Below are positions 9,870 to 19,162 of a stretch of 64,000 nt of DNA, piece by piece. Positions within the stretch are counted from its first letter, which is position 1, and each line of letters starts with the position of its first letter. A program made the position numbers and the translations under genes. Source of the stretch: Gemmatimonas sp. (GTDB taxonomy: Bacteria; Gemmatimonadota; Gemmatimonadetes; Gemmatimonadales; Gemmatimonadaceae); the NCBI GenBank assembly GCA_031414535.1, contig JANNVQ010000014.1, forward strand, positions 128,001 to 192,000. The letters are read 5' to 3'. A model generated the notes under the pieces. It saw only the letters and a list, made by a program, of their open reading frames with translations. It made no database searches and had not been told where the DNA came from.

Positions 9870-11096
9870 CTACTGCGCAATCGCCTTCCAAGCGTCACGT
9901 ACGGAACGCGCTCCAGCCCGTGGACCTTCGGCGTGACCGAACACTCCCCGCCCCGCCATAAATCCGAAGTCGCGCGTCCCCAGTACGGCATAGACACGCG
10001 GTAGCGTTGCCGCAGAATCACTCCCCCCGGGTACCGGCAAGGCGCGCTTGATCGGACCCATCGGCTCTAAACAAGCCTCCACGTTCTCAAGCACTTCGCG
10101 CTCACTGAGCATCATCCGCGCACCGAGGCCTGGCATGATCACGGCATCGCAACCGGCAATGCGTTGCAATCGCGTGAACACACGGGAATGGATACCGAAG
10201 CTCGGCACACGCCCGGCGGCCGCAATCATCGGAAAGTGCCCGAAGAGCGGAACGCGCGCGTGCTCGCGCAGCATACGCACGCCGCTCAGCCCCACAGGCA
10301 AGGCATTCACCAGCAAAGCACTGGCCCCATTGCCCACCGCGGTGTCGTGCAACGCAATGAGCCGTGAAACCTCGTCCGTGACATTCGCCATGTAGAACTT
10401 GTGCTCGCCCGTCGCCCGCTCGGCGCGGGCTCTCGCCGCGCCAAGCACGGCCGAGCGCGCGGCGAGCGGCGACCACGCTGGATCAGCGAGCATCTCATCG
10501 TCCTTCGCGATGTCGAGCCCGCCCATCCACGCCTCCTCGGCGATTGCCGCGAATGGCTCAGGGGCGAGTCCAATGTTTGGCTTGATGACGCCAATGAAGA
10601 TGGGTCGATCGTACACGTCGAGCAGCTTGCGCAATCCCTCAACGCCGAATTGCGGGCCCGGAAACTGCGCCAAGAACGAATCAGGAAAACGAATGTCTTC
10701 GAGCCGAATGATTGGCACATCGGGCACGAAGAACACGCCCTCGCCCATCACAGCGGACATCAAGTTGGGCAAGCGTGGACCAAAGTTTGCGTGCGGGTGC
10801 GCGATGGTCACGTGGCAACGATGGACCTCTCCAGTAGGCGAGTTGGGGATTGCCAAGCTGAATCCCTGCGGGAGTGGCTCGCTCAAGAACTCCACCACCT
10901 TCGCGCCAAAACGCGGACGGAAGTCCTCGTCCACTCCCACGCGCTTCCATTGTGCCGTGCTTTGCTCGCGACAGATGCTCGCCGCCGCTACCCGAGGATT
11001 ACCAACACATTCAAAGGTGTAATCGAGCTCGAGGTAGGCCTCTCGCTCGAGTTCTTGGCGACTCGCGAAGAACCCAGCGATGTCGTCCGCGTTCAC
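9870..11096 (-). CDS. rlp: RuBisCO-like protein (form IV, resembling the IV-Photo clade)
   Basis: 'EQSTAQW', 'GPQFG', 'KPNIGL', 'GGLDIAKDDEML', 'PVPGGSD', 'GRGVFGH' motifs; GTG start overlaps the yjbQ stop (GTGA). Confidence 0.9.
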   Translation of the reverse strand: MNADDIAGFFASRQELEREAYLELDYTFECVGNPRVAAASICREQSTAQWKRVGVDEDFRPRFGAKVVEFLSEPLPQGFSLAIPNSPTGEVHRCHVTIAHPHANFGPRLPNLMSAVMGEGVFFVPDVPIIRLEDIRFPDSFLAQFPGPQFGVEGLRKLLDVYDRPIFIGVIKPNIGLAPEPFAAIAEEAWMGGLDIAKDDEMLADPAWSPLAARSAVLGAARARAERATGEHKFYMANVTDEVSRLIALHDTAVGNGASALLVNALPVGLSGVRMLREHARVPLFGHFPMIAAAGRVPSFGIHSRVFTRLQRIAGCDAVIMPGLGARMMLSEREVLENVEACLEPMGPIKRALPVPGGSDSAATLPRVYAVLGTRDFGFMAGRGVFGHAEGPRAGARSVRDAWKAIAQ

Positions 11097-11518
11097 GCCT
11101 GCATCAGCTGAAGGTGCACTTCGCGCTGGGCCCGAGGGCCATCGAGCTCCACGAAGAACAGGGCCTGCCAAGTGCCAAGCGCAATCTCACCGCCGCGCAC
11201 CATAATGTTCTCGCTGGCCGGCATGAACAGGCCAAGGATGTGCGCGTGGGCGTTGTCACGGCCATCCACGGTGGCGCGATTGTGCCCATAGTCGTGGTCC
11301 TTGGGTGCCATCTGCTCCAAGTACGCCACCATATCACGCTGCAGCGCTGGGTCGAGCTCGTTGATGGTGATGCGCCCCGTCGTGTGCGGCGACGAGACCG
11401 TGAGCAGTCCATCCAGGACGCCCTGCTCGACGACCCAGCCCCGGATGCGGCTCGTGAGATCAACGAACTCGATTGACGCGTTTGAGCCCAGTGTCAGCGT
11501 GTGGTGGCGAATCGGCAT
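11093..11518 (-). CDS. yjbQ: YjbQ (UPF0047) family protein
   Basis: 'PHTTG.ITINE', 'NAHAH', '[14 protein letters not shown]' signature motifs. Confidence 0.9.
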   Translation of the reverse strand: MPIRHHTLTLGSNASIEFVDLTSRIRGWVVEQGVLDGLLTVSSPHTTGRITINELDPALQRDMVAYLEQMAPKDHDYGHNRATVDGRDNAHAHILGLFMPASENIMVRGGEIALGTWQALFFVELDGPRAQREVHLQLMQA

Positions 11519-11607
11519 GCGAGCAATATGGCGGAACTGGCCGCTTGCTGCTCTTGCCCCCCCGCACTTTTCCGCTGAGCTTGAAGGCATCTTCTTCCCC
11601 ATTCTCT

Positions 11608-12069
11608 ATGCGCATCACGGTTAACGGCACGGCCCACGAATTCGAGATTGAGCCGGAGATGCCCTTACTCTGGGCACTTCGTGACGAGCTCGGCGTCACC
11701 GGCCCCAAGTACGGTTGCGGCATGGGCGTCTGCGGTGCCTGCACTGTCCACGTAGATGGCAAAGCCGTGCGCAGCTGCTCCATGCCGGTTGGTAGCGTCA
11801 CCAAGCCGGTGACCACCATCGAAGGGCTCGGCACTCCTGATTCCCTGCACGCCGTGCAGCGTGCTTGGATTGAGTTGCAGGTCGCCCAGTGTGGTTACTG
11901 CCAGAGCGGCCAGATTATGACGGCGGCGGCTTTTCTCGCCACCAATCGCAATCCTACGGACGCTCAAGTAGATGACGCGATGAACGCCAACCTCTGCCGC
12001 TGCGGCACCTACCCGCGCATTCGTGCGGCCGTGCAACGTGCGGCCGCGCTGCTCCGCGAGGTGCGCTGA
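11608..12069 (+). CDS. iorA: 2Fe-2S subunit of isoquinoline 1-oxidoreductase-type molybdoenzyme
   Basis: '[14 protein letters not shown]', 'QCGYCQSG', 'NLCRCGTY' motifs. Confidence 0.9.
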   Translation: MRITVNGTAHEFEIEPEMPLLWALRDELGVTGPKYGCGMGVCGACTVHVDGKAVRSCSMPVGSVTKPVTTIEGLGTPDSLHAVQRAWIELQVAQCGYCQSGQIMTAAAFLATNRNPTDAQVDDAMNANLCRCGTYPRIRAAVQRAAALLREVR

Positions 12070-12070
12070 C

Positions 12071-14317
12071 ATGGGCAAGCTCAAGACCATCGCACGCCGC
12101 AGCTTCGTGGTTGGCTCAGCGGCCGTAGCCGGCGGGCTCGTCGTCGGCTGGGCCGCGGTCAAGTGGCCAATTCGCAATCCCCTGCTCGATTCGCTCGACG
12201 AGGATGATGCCACGTTGAACCCCTACGTGCGCATTGATCCCAACGGCATCACCATCATCACGCCACGCGCGGATTCCGGGCAGGGCGCCTACTCAATGCA
12301 AGCGGCTTTGGTGGCCGAAGAGCTCGACGTGGAATGGGGAAGCTTTGCCGTGGAGCCGGGCCCGCCGAGCAAGGCCTACTTCAATGCGGCGGTGCTCGCC
12401 GAGGGATTTCCGCTCGCCGCTACCAACGATGGTTTTGTGGCACGCCAAGGTCGGGCTATGGGCGGAGCCATCGCCAAGCTCATCGGGCTGCAGATCACGG
12501 GTGGCTCTTCGACCGTGCCCGATGCCTACGTCAAGCTGCGCGCGGCCGGAGCCGTGGCGCGCCAGATGCTACTCGGTGCAGCCGCGAAGCGCACCGGAAT
12601 TGCCATCGCGGACCTGCGCACCGAACGCGGCGCCGTGGTCACACCAAATGGCGAGCGCATTGCCTACACCTCGCTGGGCGCCGAAGCCGCGCTCATTGAC
12701 CCGCCGGGTAAGGTGGCCCTCAAGGATCCTTCTGAGTGGCGCCTGCTTGGCAAGCCGATGCAACGGCTCGACATCGTCGCGAAGTCCACCGGCACAGCGC
12801 AGTACGGCATTGATGTGCGTTTGCCGGGAATGGTCTACGCGACGGTGCGCACCAATCCGCGCATTGGCGGAGCGGTGCGAGCCATTGACGATACGGCAGC
12901 AAAGTCGGCGCGCGGAGTTATCAAGGTCGTGCCAATCAATGGCGGCGTGGGCGTGATTGCCGACAACACTTGGCGTGCCTTTCGCGCGGCGGCGCAGGTG
13001 CAGGTGCAGTGGGGCGAGGCCCCATACCCCAAGAGCTCTGCCGAGATGTTCCGAGTAGTGGCGGAGTCCTTCACCGAAGAGCGGCGTGACTCGCGCTTTC
13101 GCAATGACGGCGACGTAGAGGAGGCACTCGCAGCAGCGGGCACTGGCGTGATTGAAGCCGAGTACAAGCTTCCCTACCTCGCGCACGCACCGCTCGAGCC
13201 CATGAACGCCGTCGTGCAACTGAAGGACGGAAAGCTCGACATCTGGACAGCGACGCAGATTCCACGCATCCTCGTCCAGTTCGCCGCCGAGACGGCTGGC
13301 ATTGATGAAGAGAACGTGACGCTGCACGCAATGATTGCCGGAGGCAGCTTTGGACGTCGCCTTGAGGACGATTACGTGCGACAGGCCGTGCAACTTGCCA
13401 TGGCGCACCAAGGCGTGCCCATCAAGATGACCTGGACGCGCGAGGAAGACTTCACACACGACTTTCCGCGCACGATGGCCATGGGACGCGGGCGCGGCCT
13501 CATCAAGGACGGCAAGGTTGAGGTCTTCGATTTAGGCATCGCCGCACCCGCCACGACGGCCTCCCAGACCGCGCGCATCAATCTTTCCGCGCCAGGACCG
13601 GATATTTCGATTGTGGCTGGCGCTTGGGACCAGCCCTATGCGATTCCACAGTATCGCGTGACTGGCTACCGTGCACCGGAGTTGGCGCCGATCAGTTCGT
13701 GGCGCTCGGTGGGCGCATCCATCAACGGATTCCTGCACGAGAGCTTCCTCGACGAACTCATTCACGCTGCCGGTGCGGACCCGCTGTTGGAGCGCATTCG
13801 CCTGTGCACGCACGACGCGTCGCGGCGCGTGATCGAAGAGGCCGGCAAGCTGAGTGATTGGGGCTCGGCGCTCGAGCCTGGACGCGGCCGAGGCATCGCC
13901 TTCACCACATCGTTCGGCGTGCCGGTGGCCGAGGTGGTAGAGGTGACCAATACGCCGGAGGGCATGCGCATTGATCGGGTTGTGGTGGTGCTCGATGTCG
14001 GTCGCGTGCTCGATCCGCAGAACTTTGAGAACCAGGTCCAAGGCGGAGTCATTTGGGGCTTAGGCCACGCGATGAACGCCGAGCTCACGTTCGCCGATGG
14101 TGTGGTGGAGCAGAGCAACTTTCATCTCTACGAGACTATGCGTCTGAAGCAGCTGCCGCAGATTGTGGTGAAAGCGCTCGACACCGACTCCAAGGTCCGT
14201 GGCGTGGGCGAGCCGCCAGTACCTCCTGCCGCGCCGGCCTTGGCCAATGCCATCTTCGCGGCCACTGGGCAGCGTATCCGTGAGTTGCCAATGCGAAAGG
14301 CCATTCGCTTCGTATGA
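12071..14317 (+). CDS. iorB: Molybdopterin-binding subunit, isoquinoline 1-oxidoreductase beta family
   Basis: Tat-like 'ARRSFV' leader; 'TGGSST', 'HAPLEPMN', 'GGSFGRR', 'WRSVG', 'GVGEPPVPP.APA.ANAIF'. Confidence 0.9.
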   Translation: MGKLKTIARRSFVVGSAAVAGGLVVGWAAVKWPIRNPLLDSLDEDDATLNPYVRIDPNGITIITPRADSGQGAYSMQAALVAEELDVEWGSFAVEPGPPSKAYFNAAVLAEGFPLAATNDGFVARQGRAMGGAIAKLIGLQITGGSSTVPDAYVKLRAAGAVARQMLLGAAAKRTGIAIADLRTERGAVVTPNGERIAYTSLGAEAALIDPPGKVALKDPSEWRLLGKPMQRLDIVAKSTGTAQYGIDVRLPGMVYATVRTNPRIGGAVRAIDDTAAKSARGVIKVVPINGGVGVIADNTWRAFRAAAQVQVQWGEAPYPKSSAEMFRVVAESFTEERRDSRFRNDGDVEEALAAAGTGVIEAEYKLPYLAHAPLEPMNAVVQLKDGKLDIWTATQIPRILVQFAAETAGIDEENVTLHAMIAGGSFGRRLEDDYVRQAVQLAMAHQGVPIKMTWTREEDFTHDFPRTMAMGRGRGLIKDGKVEVFDLGIAAPATTASQTARINLSAPGPDISIVAGAWDQPYAIPQYRVTGYRAPELAPISSWRSVGASINGFLHESFLDELIHAAGADPLLERIRLCTHDASRRVIEEAGKLSDWGSALEPGRGRGIAFTTSFGVPVAEVVEVTNTPEGMRIDRVVVVLDVGRVLDPQNFENQVQGGVIWGLGHAMNAELTFADGVVEQSNFHLYETMRLKQLPQIVVKALDTDSKVRGVGEPPVPPAAPALANAIFAATGQRIRELPMRKAIRFV

Positions 14318-15516
14318 ACGCACCACTGAACGCGCCTCGTCGCTGGTCCAGCGCCGTTACGAAGGGCGCGCCGCAGACACCCGTGTGGTCGGCACCAGAC
14401 CCCGCCCTCGCCGCGGCGGGTATTGAAGGCGAGTACGTGGTGGCGCGGGTCCGGTTCGCCGCCATGGGTCTCTTGCTCATCTCGCCGACGTACAGCTTGG
14501 TCTCCACCGGCGGCGGCGATCCGATGCACGTCGTGGGATTCGTCGTGACCATTATCTCCTTCTTGGCCTCCTTTGCCATTTGGGAGATGCTGCGTCGCGG
14601 CCATTGGCGGCCGTGGATTGGGTTTGCGTCCAGCGCCTTCGATGTCTCCATGATTTCGGTGGCGCTCGCGAGCTTTTACGTCGTTGCCACGCCGCTGAAC
14701 GCCATCAACTCGACGGTCACCTTCGAGATGTATTTCTTGGCACTCGTGGCGACCTCGCTCCGCTACGACGCGCGCATCTGCATCGCGGTCGGAGGGCTCG
14801 CCATTGGGCAGTACGGCCTGCTCTGGGCCGTGGCCGCTGCGAACAACGATTTGCGTGCCGCCGAGTATGTGCTGCGGGCGGGGCCCTACATCCCCGTGGA
14901 CCTGTTCACGCGTCTCATCCTGCTTGGCATCGCGACCATCCTCGCCGTGAGCGTCGTGCGTCGCGCCCAGCGCCTGCTCTACCTCGCCTCGCGCGACCGC
15001 CTCACTGGATTGTTCAATCGCGGGCACTTCGACCGCGCGCTCATCTCGGCGATGGACCAAGCCACCCGCGACAGTGTCCCACTCTCGCTCGCGCTCATTG
15101 ATGTGGACCACTTCAAGCAAGTCAATGATGTGCACGGCCACGCCGTGGGTGATCGTGTGCTGGAGCAGCTCGCTGACCTGATGTCGCGTTCCATGCGTCG
15201 CACGGACATCGTGGCACGATACGGCGGAGAGGAGTTCGTCATTCTCCTCCCCAGCACCACGCGAGATGCCGCCTACCATCGCATTGAAGCCCTGCGGCGC
15301 GAGGTCAGTGACTTCCCCGTACGGCTCGACGGCGATCGCATGCTACGCATCAACTTCAGTGCCGGCATCGCTGGGACCGTGGCCGATGCCGGCGTGACTG
15401 ATCCGAAGGTACTCATTGATATTGCCGACCGGCGACTGCTCGCGGCAAAGCGCGCCGGACGCGGGCGTTGCTTCGGTAGCGACGACGAGAGCGATCGCGC
15501 GGCATTGAATGGATGA
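14314..15516 (+). CDS. Membrane-bound diguanylate cyclase
   Basis: Several TM helices, then 'DRLTGLFNR', 'DVDHFKQVND..GH..GD' and 'RRTDIVARYGGEEF' (intact active site and I-site). Confidence 0.92.
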   Translation: MNAPLNAPRRWSSAVTKGAPQTPVWSAPDPALAAAGIEGEYVVARVRFAAMGLLLISPTYSLVSTGGGDPMHVVGFVVTIISFLASFAIWEMLRRGHWRPWIGFASSAFDVSMISVALASFYVVATPLNAINSTVTFEMYFLALVATSLRYDARICIAVGGLAIGQYGLLWAVAAANNDLRAAEYVLRAGPYIPVDLFTRLILLGIATILAVSVVRRAQRLLYLASRDRLTGLFNRGHFDRALISAMDQATRDSVPLSLALIDVDHFKQVNDVHGHAVGDRVLEQLADLMSRSMRRTDIVARYGGEEFVILLPSTTRDAAYHRIEALRREVSDFPVRLDGDRMLRINFSAGIAGTVADAGVTDPKVLIDIADRRLLAAKRAGRGRCFGSDDESDRAALNG

Positions 15517-15908
15517 AGCCACCGAGACCCGGATTTAGCACAGGTTGGCGCGAAGGGCACTTCTTTGACTTGTGGATGCTCGTGCACTTTGCGAGCGGCG
15601 CGGCTGGCGGATTCGCTAACGTTTTCTTCGGGCTTGGCACGCTCACCGTTTACATCGTGGCCACGGTGATGATGACGCTCTGGGAGCTGGGCGAGTACCG
15701 CATGGGCGTACGCGAGTCCATGAGCAATCGCTTACTCGACATAGTGGTCGGGCTCGCGGGTGCACAAACGGCGCTCTGGATTGCCGCGCCACTCTCACGG
15801 CGCGGGCGTGTTATTGCGTTCATCGTCGGCTTCGGACTGGCGCTGGTGTTGGGCGCACTGGGCGCGATTGCCTCTCGGCGCCGCGAAAAACAACAGGCCA
15901 AGACGTAA
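15513..15908 (+). CDS. Small hypothetical membrane protein
   Basis: About four hydrophobic segments; 'HF..G', 'WELGE', 'D...G' pattern; ATGA overlap with the DGC stop. Confidence 0.65.
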   Translation: MKPPRPGFSTGWREGHFFDLWMLVHFASGAAGGFANVFFGLGTLTVYIVATVMMTLWELGEYRMGVRESMSNRLLDIVVGLAGAQTALWIAAPLSRRGRVIAFIVGFGLALVLGALGAIASRRREKQQAKT

Positions 15909-15914
15909 GGCGAA

Positions 15915-15956
15915 CGAGGCCCGGTCAGAGAAGATGACCGGGCCTCGCTGCGTTTT
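15915..15956. terminator. Intrinsic terminator between convergent genes
   Basis: 13-bp inverted repeat CGAGGCCCGGTCA-gagaaga-TGACCGGGCCTCG followed by a short T tract. Confidence 0.75.
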
Positions 15957-15977
15957 GTCGCTGACTCGAATCCGTGC

Positions 15978-18900
15978 TTACTCAGTAGCTCTGCGCAGGC
16001 GCGTGATCGCGTTCAGCGTAGACTGCGCCTGCACAGCGCTGATGCGCCCGCTGCGAACGAGCGCGTCAATCTCATTCTCCAGAGCACCCAGCTGGCCGAG
16101 CAAGGAGTTGTCGTTGCCGCGCTCGATGCTGGCCCGAATGGCCCGCACCTTAGTGAGCAGCGACTGCGCCTCACCACGGTTCCGTAGCGAACCCGCGAGC
16201 GCCTCGACCTCAGCCGCCACCTGTGCCGCTGCCTCAGCCGTCGTGGCCTGCGCCACTTCGACCGTGCGGCTCACGGTGTCAGCGAGACCATCGTTGTCGG
16301 TGATGACGAGCTGCACCGTGTAGCTGCCGAAGAACTGATACTCGTGCGTTGGCGCAGCGCCGCTGCCCGTGTTCCCATCGCCAAAGTTCCAAGCATACGA
16401 GACGATGCTGCCATTGGGATCAATAGAACCGGCGGCGCTAAAGGAGATTGGCGCGCCTTCTGTTCCCGCAACTGGCACGATGTTCGCCAAGGGCGGCTGC
16501 GTGCCTGTGATGAGCGCGCGACGTGTCTTCGCCGGTAGTGCCGTGAGGAAGCGGTAGCCGCTCAAGCGCTCCACTGAGTCTGCAGTGACCACATACTGGG
16601 TCTGCCAGTTGGCATTGCGAATGCCTGGCGCGTTCGGCATCACCACCGCGACCACCTGCAGGTCTCGATAGTCGCGCACGTCCTCGAGGCGCGTGCCGCG
16701 CGCAGCGATGACGCTGACCTTCCAAGTCCACGCTGGGATTGTGATGAGCCCTTCACCCTTCACCGTCCCGACGGAACCCGTGGCGCCGGCGAAGATGGTG
16801 AGTTCCTTGTTCTGACCCTCGGCGAGATCGCCTAAGTAGTTCTCGTGCTGAGCCCAAGGACCCTGATTGTTGTCCGAGAACTGCGGGATGATGTTGGAGA
16901 AGTAGAAGGTGCGGGCGTTGTCGAGTTGACCAACGGTGCGGTCAAACGAGCGCGCCAAGTGGCCGCGATCAATGCCTGCGCCAGCAGCCGCTCCGGCGCC
17001 GGTGTAGTCCGCCGTGCTGTAGCGCGAGAACCCGGCCGTCTCGAGCTCCGGATCGAACGTGAAGCAGTCGCAGCGCTCCTGCCCCGGTACGATGTGGTCG
17101 CCGGTCAGGTTGTAGGCCACCCAGTTCGGGATGCCGCGGCCGCCGTTCCACGAGCTCGTGAACTCACGACGCGAGACGAGGAAATCATCGCTGGCATCGC
17201 TGTCCACTGGCAGGCCGTACTCAGAGGCCTCACCATAAGCTGCGCTGCTGCCGAGGAACTCCTTCACGATGAGCCGCAGGTTGCGGCCGGTGCCGTCCTG
17301 CGCCGTCACGCGAATGGTGCCCGCGCCGGCGCCTACTCCGCGAACCACGCCGCGTGCATCCACAGTGATGATTGCCGGCGTCAGCGAGGCCCAAGTGAAG
17401 GTTGTCGTAACGATGGCATTCGACGGATCGCGCAGCGTAGCGAAGATCTGGTCTTCGAAGCCCACCGGCAGGGTGTCTGCCGTCTCGCGGCCCGAGGTTG
17501 TGATGCGGTTGGCCGAAACCACCGGCGCCACGTCTTCGAGGCCCGTGTTCTCTGCGTCGGGAGTGCCGTAGTCGCCGTCGCCGAAGGTCGTAGTGGAGAA
17601 GCCCCACTCCGAGCCGTCAGCGTTGGACACCGGCGCCACACCCGGGCGCAGACCCTTCGTCACGCCGCGGGGAAGCGTCGTCCACGACACCGAGTCGGCC
17701 AAGGCCTGCGCCGGGTCGAGCAGAACCAAGTAGTCGTTGTTGTCGAGCCAAATCGTGCTGCTCGATCCCACGAAGTAGTTGTAGTCGAGCGTCACACCGC
17801 CGTTGCGGTTGAAGTCATTGCCACGGCCGAGCACGGCGTAGCCACCCGCCGGCACAATCACGCTGCTGTTGATGGTGTGCACCGGCTGTCCGCTGCCGCC
17901 GCTCAAAATGCGCCAGCCCTGCAGATCAACCGGCTCGCTGCCGTTGTTGCGCACTTCAAACCATTCGCCCCAGCTCGCGCTCTCGGCGTTAGCCGGATCG
18001 CCCATCAGTTCGTTGATCTGGATATCGAAGGCCGACACCACACGCGGAGCGGCCGTCACTGTGACCTGCACCGTTGCCGACGCCGAGCCCGCAGTGGCCG
18101 TGATGACCGCCGAGCCTGCATTCACCGCCGTAATCAGGCCGCTGGTGCTCACCGTGGCGACCGTGCTCGCGCTGCTGCTGAAGGAGACGGGGATGCTGAG
18201 CGGCGCGCCGGCCTCGTCGAAGACGGATGCCGACACCGTTACCGTCGCGCCAACCACCAGCGTAACCGAAGGCGGTGTGACCGACACCGAGGCCGCGACC
18301 GGGCCCGTGGCGCCGCCGCAAGGCGTGATGGTCGCTGAGGCCGTGTTGCGCGGGCTTGGTGCCGCCGCGACGAAATCCGCGCTCGGCGAGCCCGTGTACG
18401 CGCAACCCGCTTCGCCGCGAATCACCGCATTCGTGTTGCTTGGCGCCGGCGTGCGAGAGGTCCATTCCGTGATGCAGTTCCCCGCGGCTGTCGAGTTTCC
18501 GAATGCCACGCGGTCCACCACAGGTGCATCCACCGGGCAGGTTCCGCTGAGGGCGGTGCCGTTAGAAACCAACACCACCTTGCCAGCGGTCGCGGACATC
18601 GCGATCGTGCCCGAAGCGTCCGGCGTGGGGAGCGCCTGCGTTCCACCCGTGCCCTGCCCCTGCTGGACGAGATAGTATCCGCCCGGCTGAATGACACCGG
18701 TCAGCGAGGTGTAGGCCCAGCTGGAGCCCGTCGCCGATGCGTAAGCCACGCGCCAACCCGTCACGGTCACCGGCGTACTGCCGGGATTGAACAGCTCAAT
18801 GAAGTCGTTGCGCAGCGTAGCGCCGGAGTTTCCGCCGCCGCCGTAGATCTGCGAAATCAGAACCTGAGGGCCGGCATAGGCAGCCGCAGCACCACCGGAA

Positions 18901-19007
18901 ACGAGGCGTAGGCTGACGCTCGGTGGTGCGGTGGGCGCATCGGCGCAGGAGAGCGCGAGGACAGCGGCGCTGAGGGCGGCAAGGCCGCGCGAGGTGGAGA
19001 GACGCAT
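15978..19007 (-). CDS. Lipoprotein nuclease: two lamin-tail domains, Ig-like domains, DNA/RNA non-specific endonuclease, PKD and C-terminal helical domain
   Basis: Lipobox LALSC; LTD motifs 'ISQIYGGGG..NDFIELFN' and 'INELM..EWFEVRN'; nuclease 'DRGHLA', 'NIIPQ..NNQGPWAQHE'; PKD 'WNFGDG'. Confidence 0.85.
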   Translation of the reverse strand: MRLSTSRGLAALSAAVLALSCADAPTAPPSVSLRLVSGGAAAAYAGPQVLISQIYGGGGNSGATLRNDFIELFNPGSTPVTVTGWRVAYASATGSSWAYTSLTGVIQPGGYYLVQQGQGTGGTQALPTPDASGTIAMSATAGKVVLVSNGTALSGTCPVDAPVVDRVAFGNSTAAGNCITEWTSRTPAPSNTNAVIRGEAGCAYTGSPSADFVAAAPSPRNTASATITPCGGATGPVAASVSVTPPSVTLVVGATVTVSASVFDEAGAPLSIPVSFSSSASTVATVSTSGLITAVNAGSAVITATAGSASATVQVTVTAAPRVVSAFDIQINELMGDPANAESASWGEWFEVRNNGSEPVDLQGWRILSGGSGQPVHTINSSVIVPAGGYAVLGRGNDFNRNGGVTLDYNYFVGSSSTIWLDNNDYLVLLDPAQALADSVSWTTLPRGVTKGLRPGVAPVSNADGSEWGFSTTTFGDGDYGTPDAENTGLEDVAPVVSANRITTSGRETADTLPVGFEDQIFATLRDPSNAIVTTTFTWASLTPAIITVDARGVVRGVGAGAGTIRVTAQDGTGRNLRLIVKEFLGSSAAYGEASEYGLPVDSDASDDFLVSRREFTSSWNGGRGIPNWVAYNLTGDHIVPGQERCDCFTFDPELETAGFSRYSTADYTGAGAAAGAGIDRGHLARSFDRTVGQLDNARTFYFSNIIPQFSDNNQGPWAQHENYLGDLAEGQNKELTIFAGATGSVGTVKGEGLITIPAWTWKVSVIAARGTRLEDVRDYRDLQVVAVVMPNAPGIRNANWQTQYVVTADSVERLSGYRFLTALPAKTRRALITGTQPPLANIVPVAGTEGAPISFSAAGSIDPNGSIVSYAWNFGDGNTGSGAAPTHEYQFFGSYTVQLVITDNDGLADTVSRTVEVAQATTAEAAAQVAAEVEALAGSLRNRGEAQSLLTKVRAIRASIERGNDNSLLGQLGALENEIDALVRSGRISAVQAQSTLNAITRLRRATE

Positions 19008-19095
19008 TTGACTCGGGTTGGGTTCGGCCAGAACAAACTTCTGTAATTCAGAAATAGCCTAGGGAAGCTCGCCGAATTCGCGCCCGCTGTCAAAG

Positions 19096-19111
19096 CGCAT
19101 CTGTCACGCCA
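19096..19111 (-). promoter_or_regulatory. Possible sigma-54 promoter for the nuclease gene
   Basis: Minus strand TGGCGTGACAGATGCG has GG-N10-GC spacing but deviates from TGGCAC-N5-TTGC. Confidence 0.3.
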
Positions 19112-19162
19112 ATGTCTCGGTGTCTCTGGCGCGGGTACCGTAGTTGCGGACATCTTGCGCGT

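Noticed and set aside
9870..11096. CO2-fixing RuBisCO
   Set aside because: Motifs match form IV RLP (loop-6 region 'MPGLGARM', 'GHFP'), and there is no small subunit, phosphoribulokinase or other Calvin-cycle gene nearby.
14128..15279. 383-aa minus-strand ORF and similar long antisense ORFs (e.g. 37168-38115, 39629-40771, 53037-54065, 58588-59664)
   Set aside because: Each lies wholly opposite a well-supported gene and has no recognisable motifs.
16845..18338. 497-aa plus-strand ORF
   Set aside because: Antisense shadow of the nuclease gene; Arg/Ala-rich, no motifs, expected in high-GC DNA.
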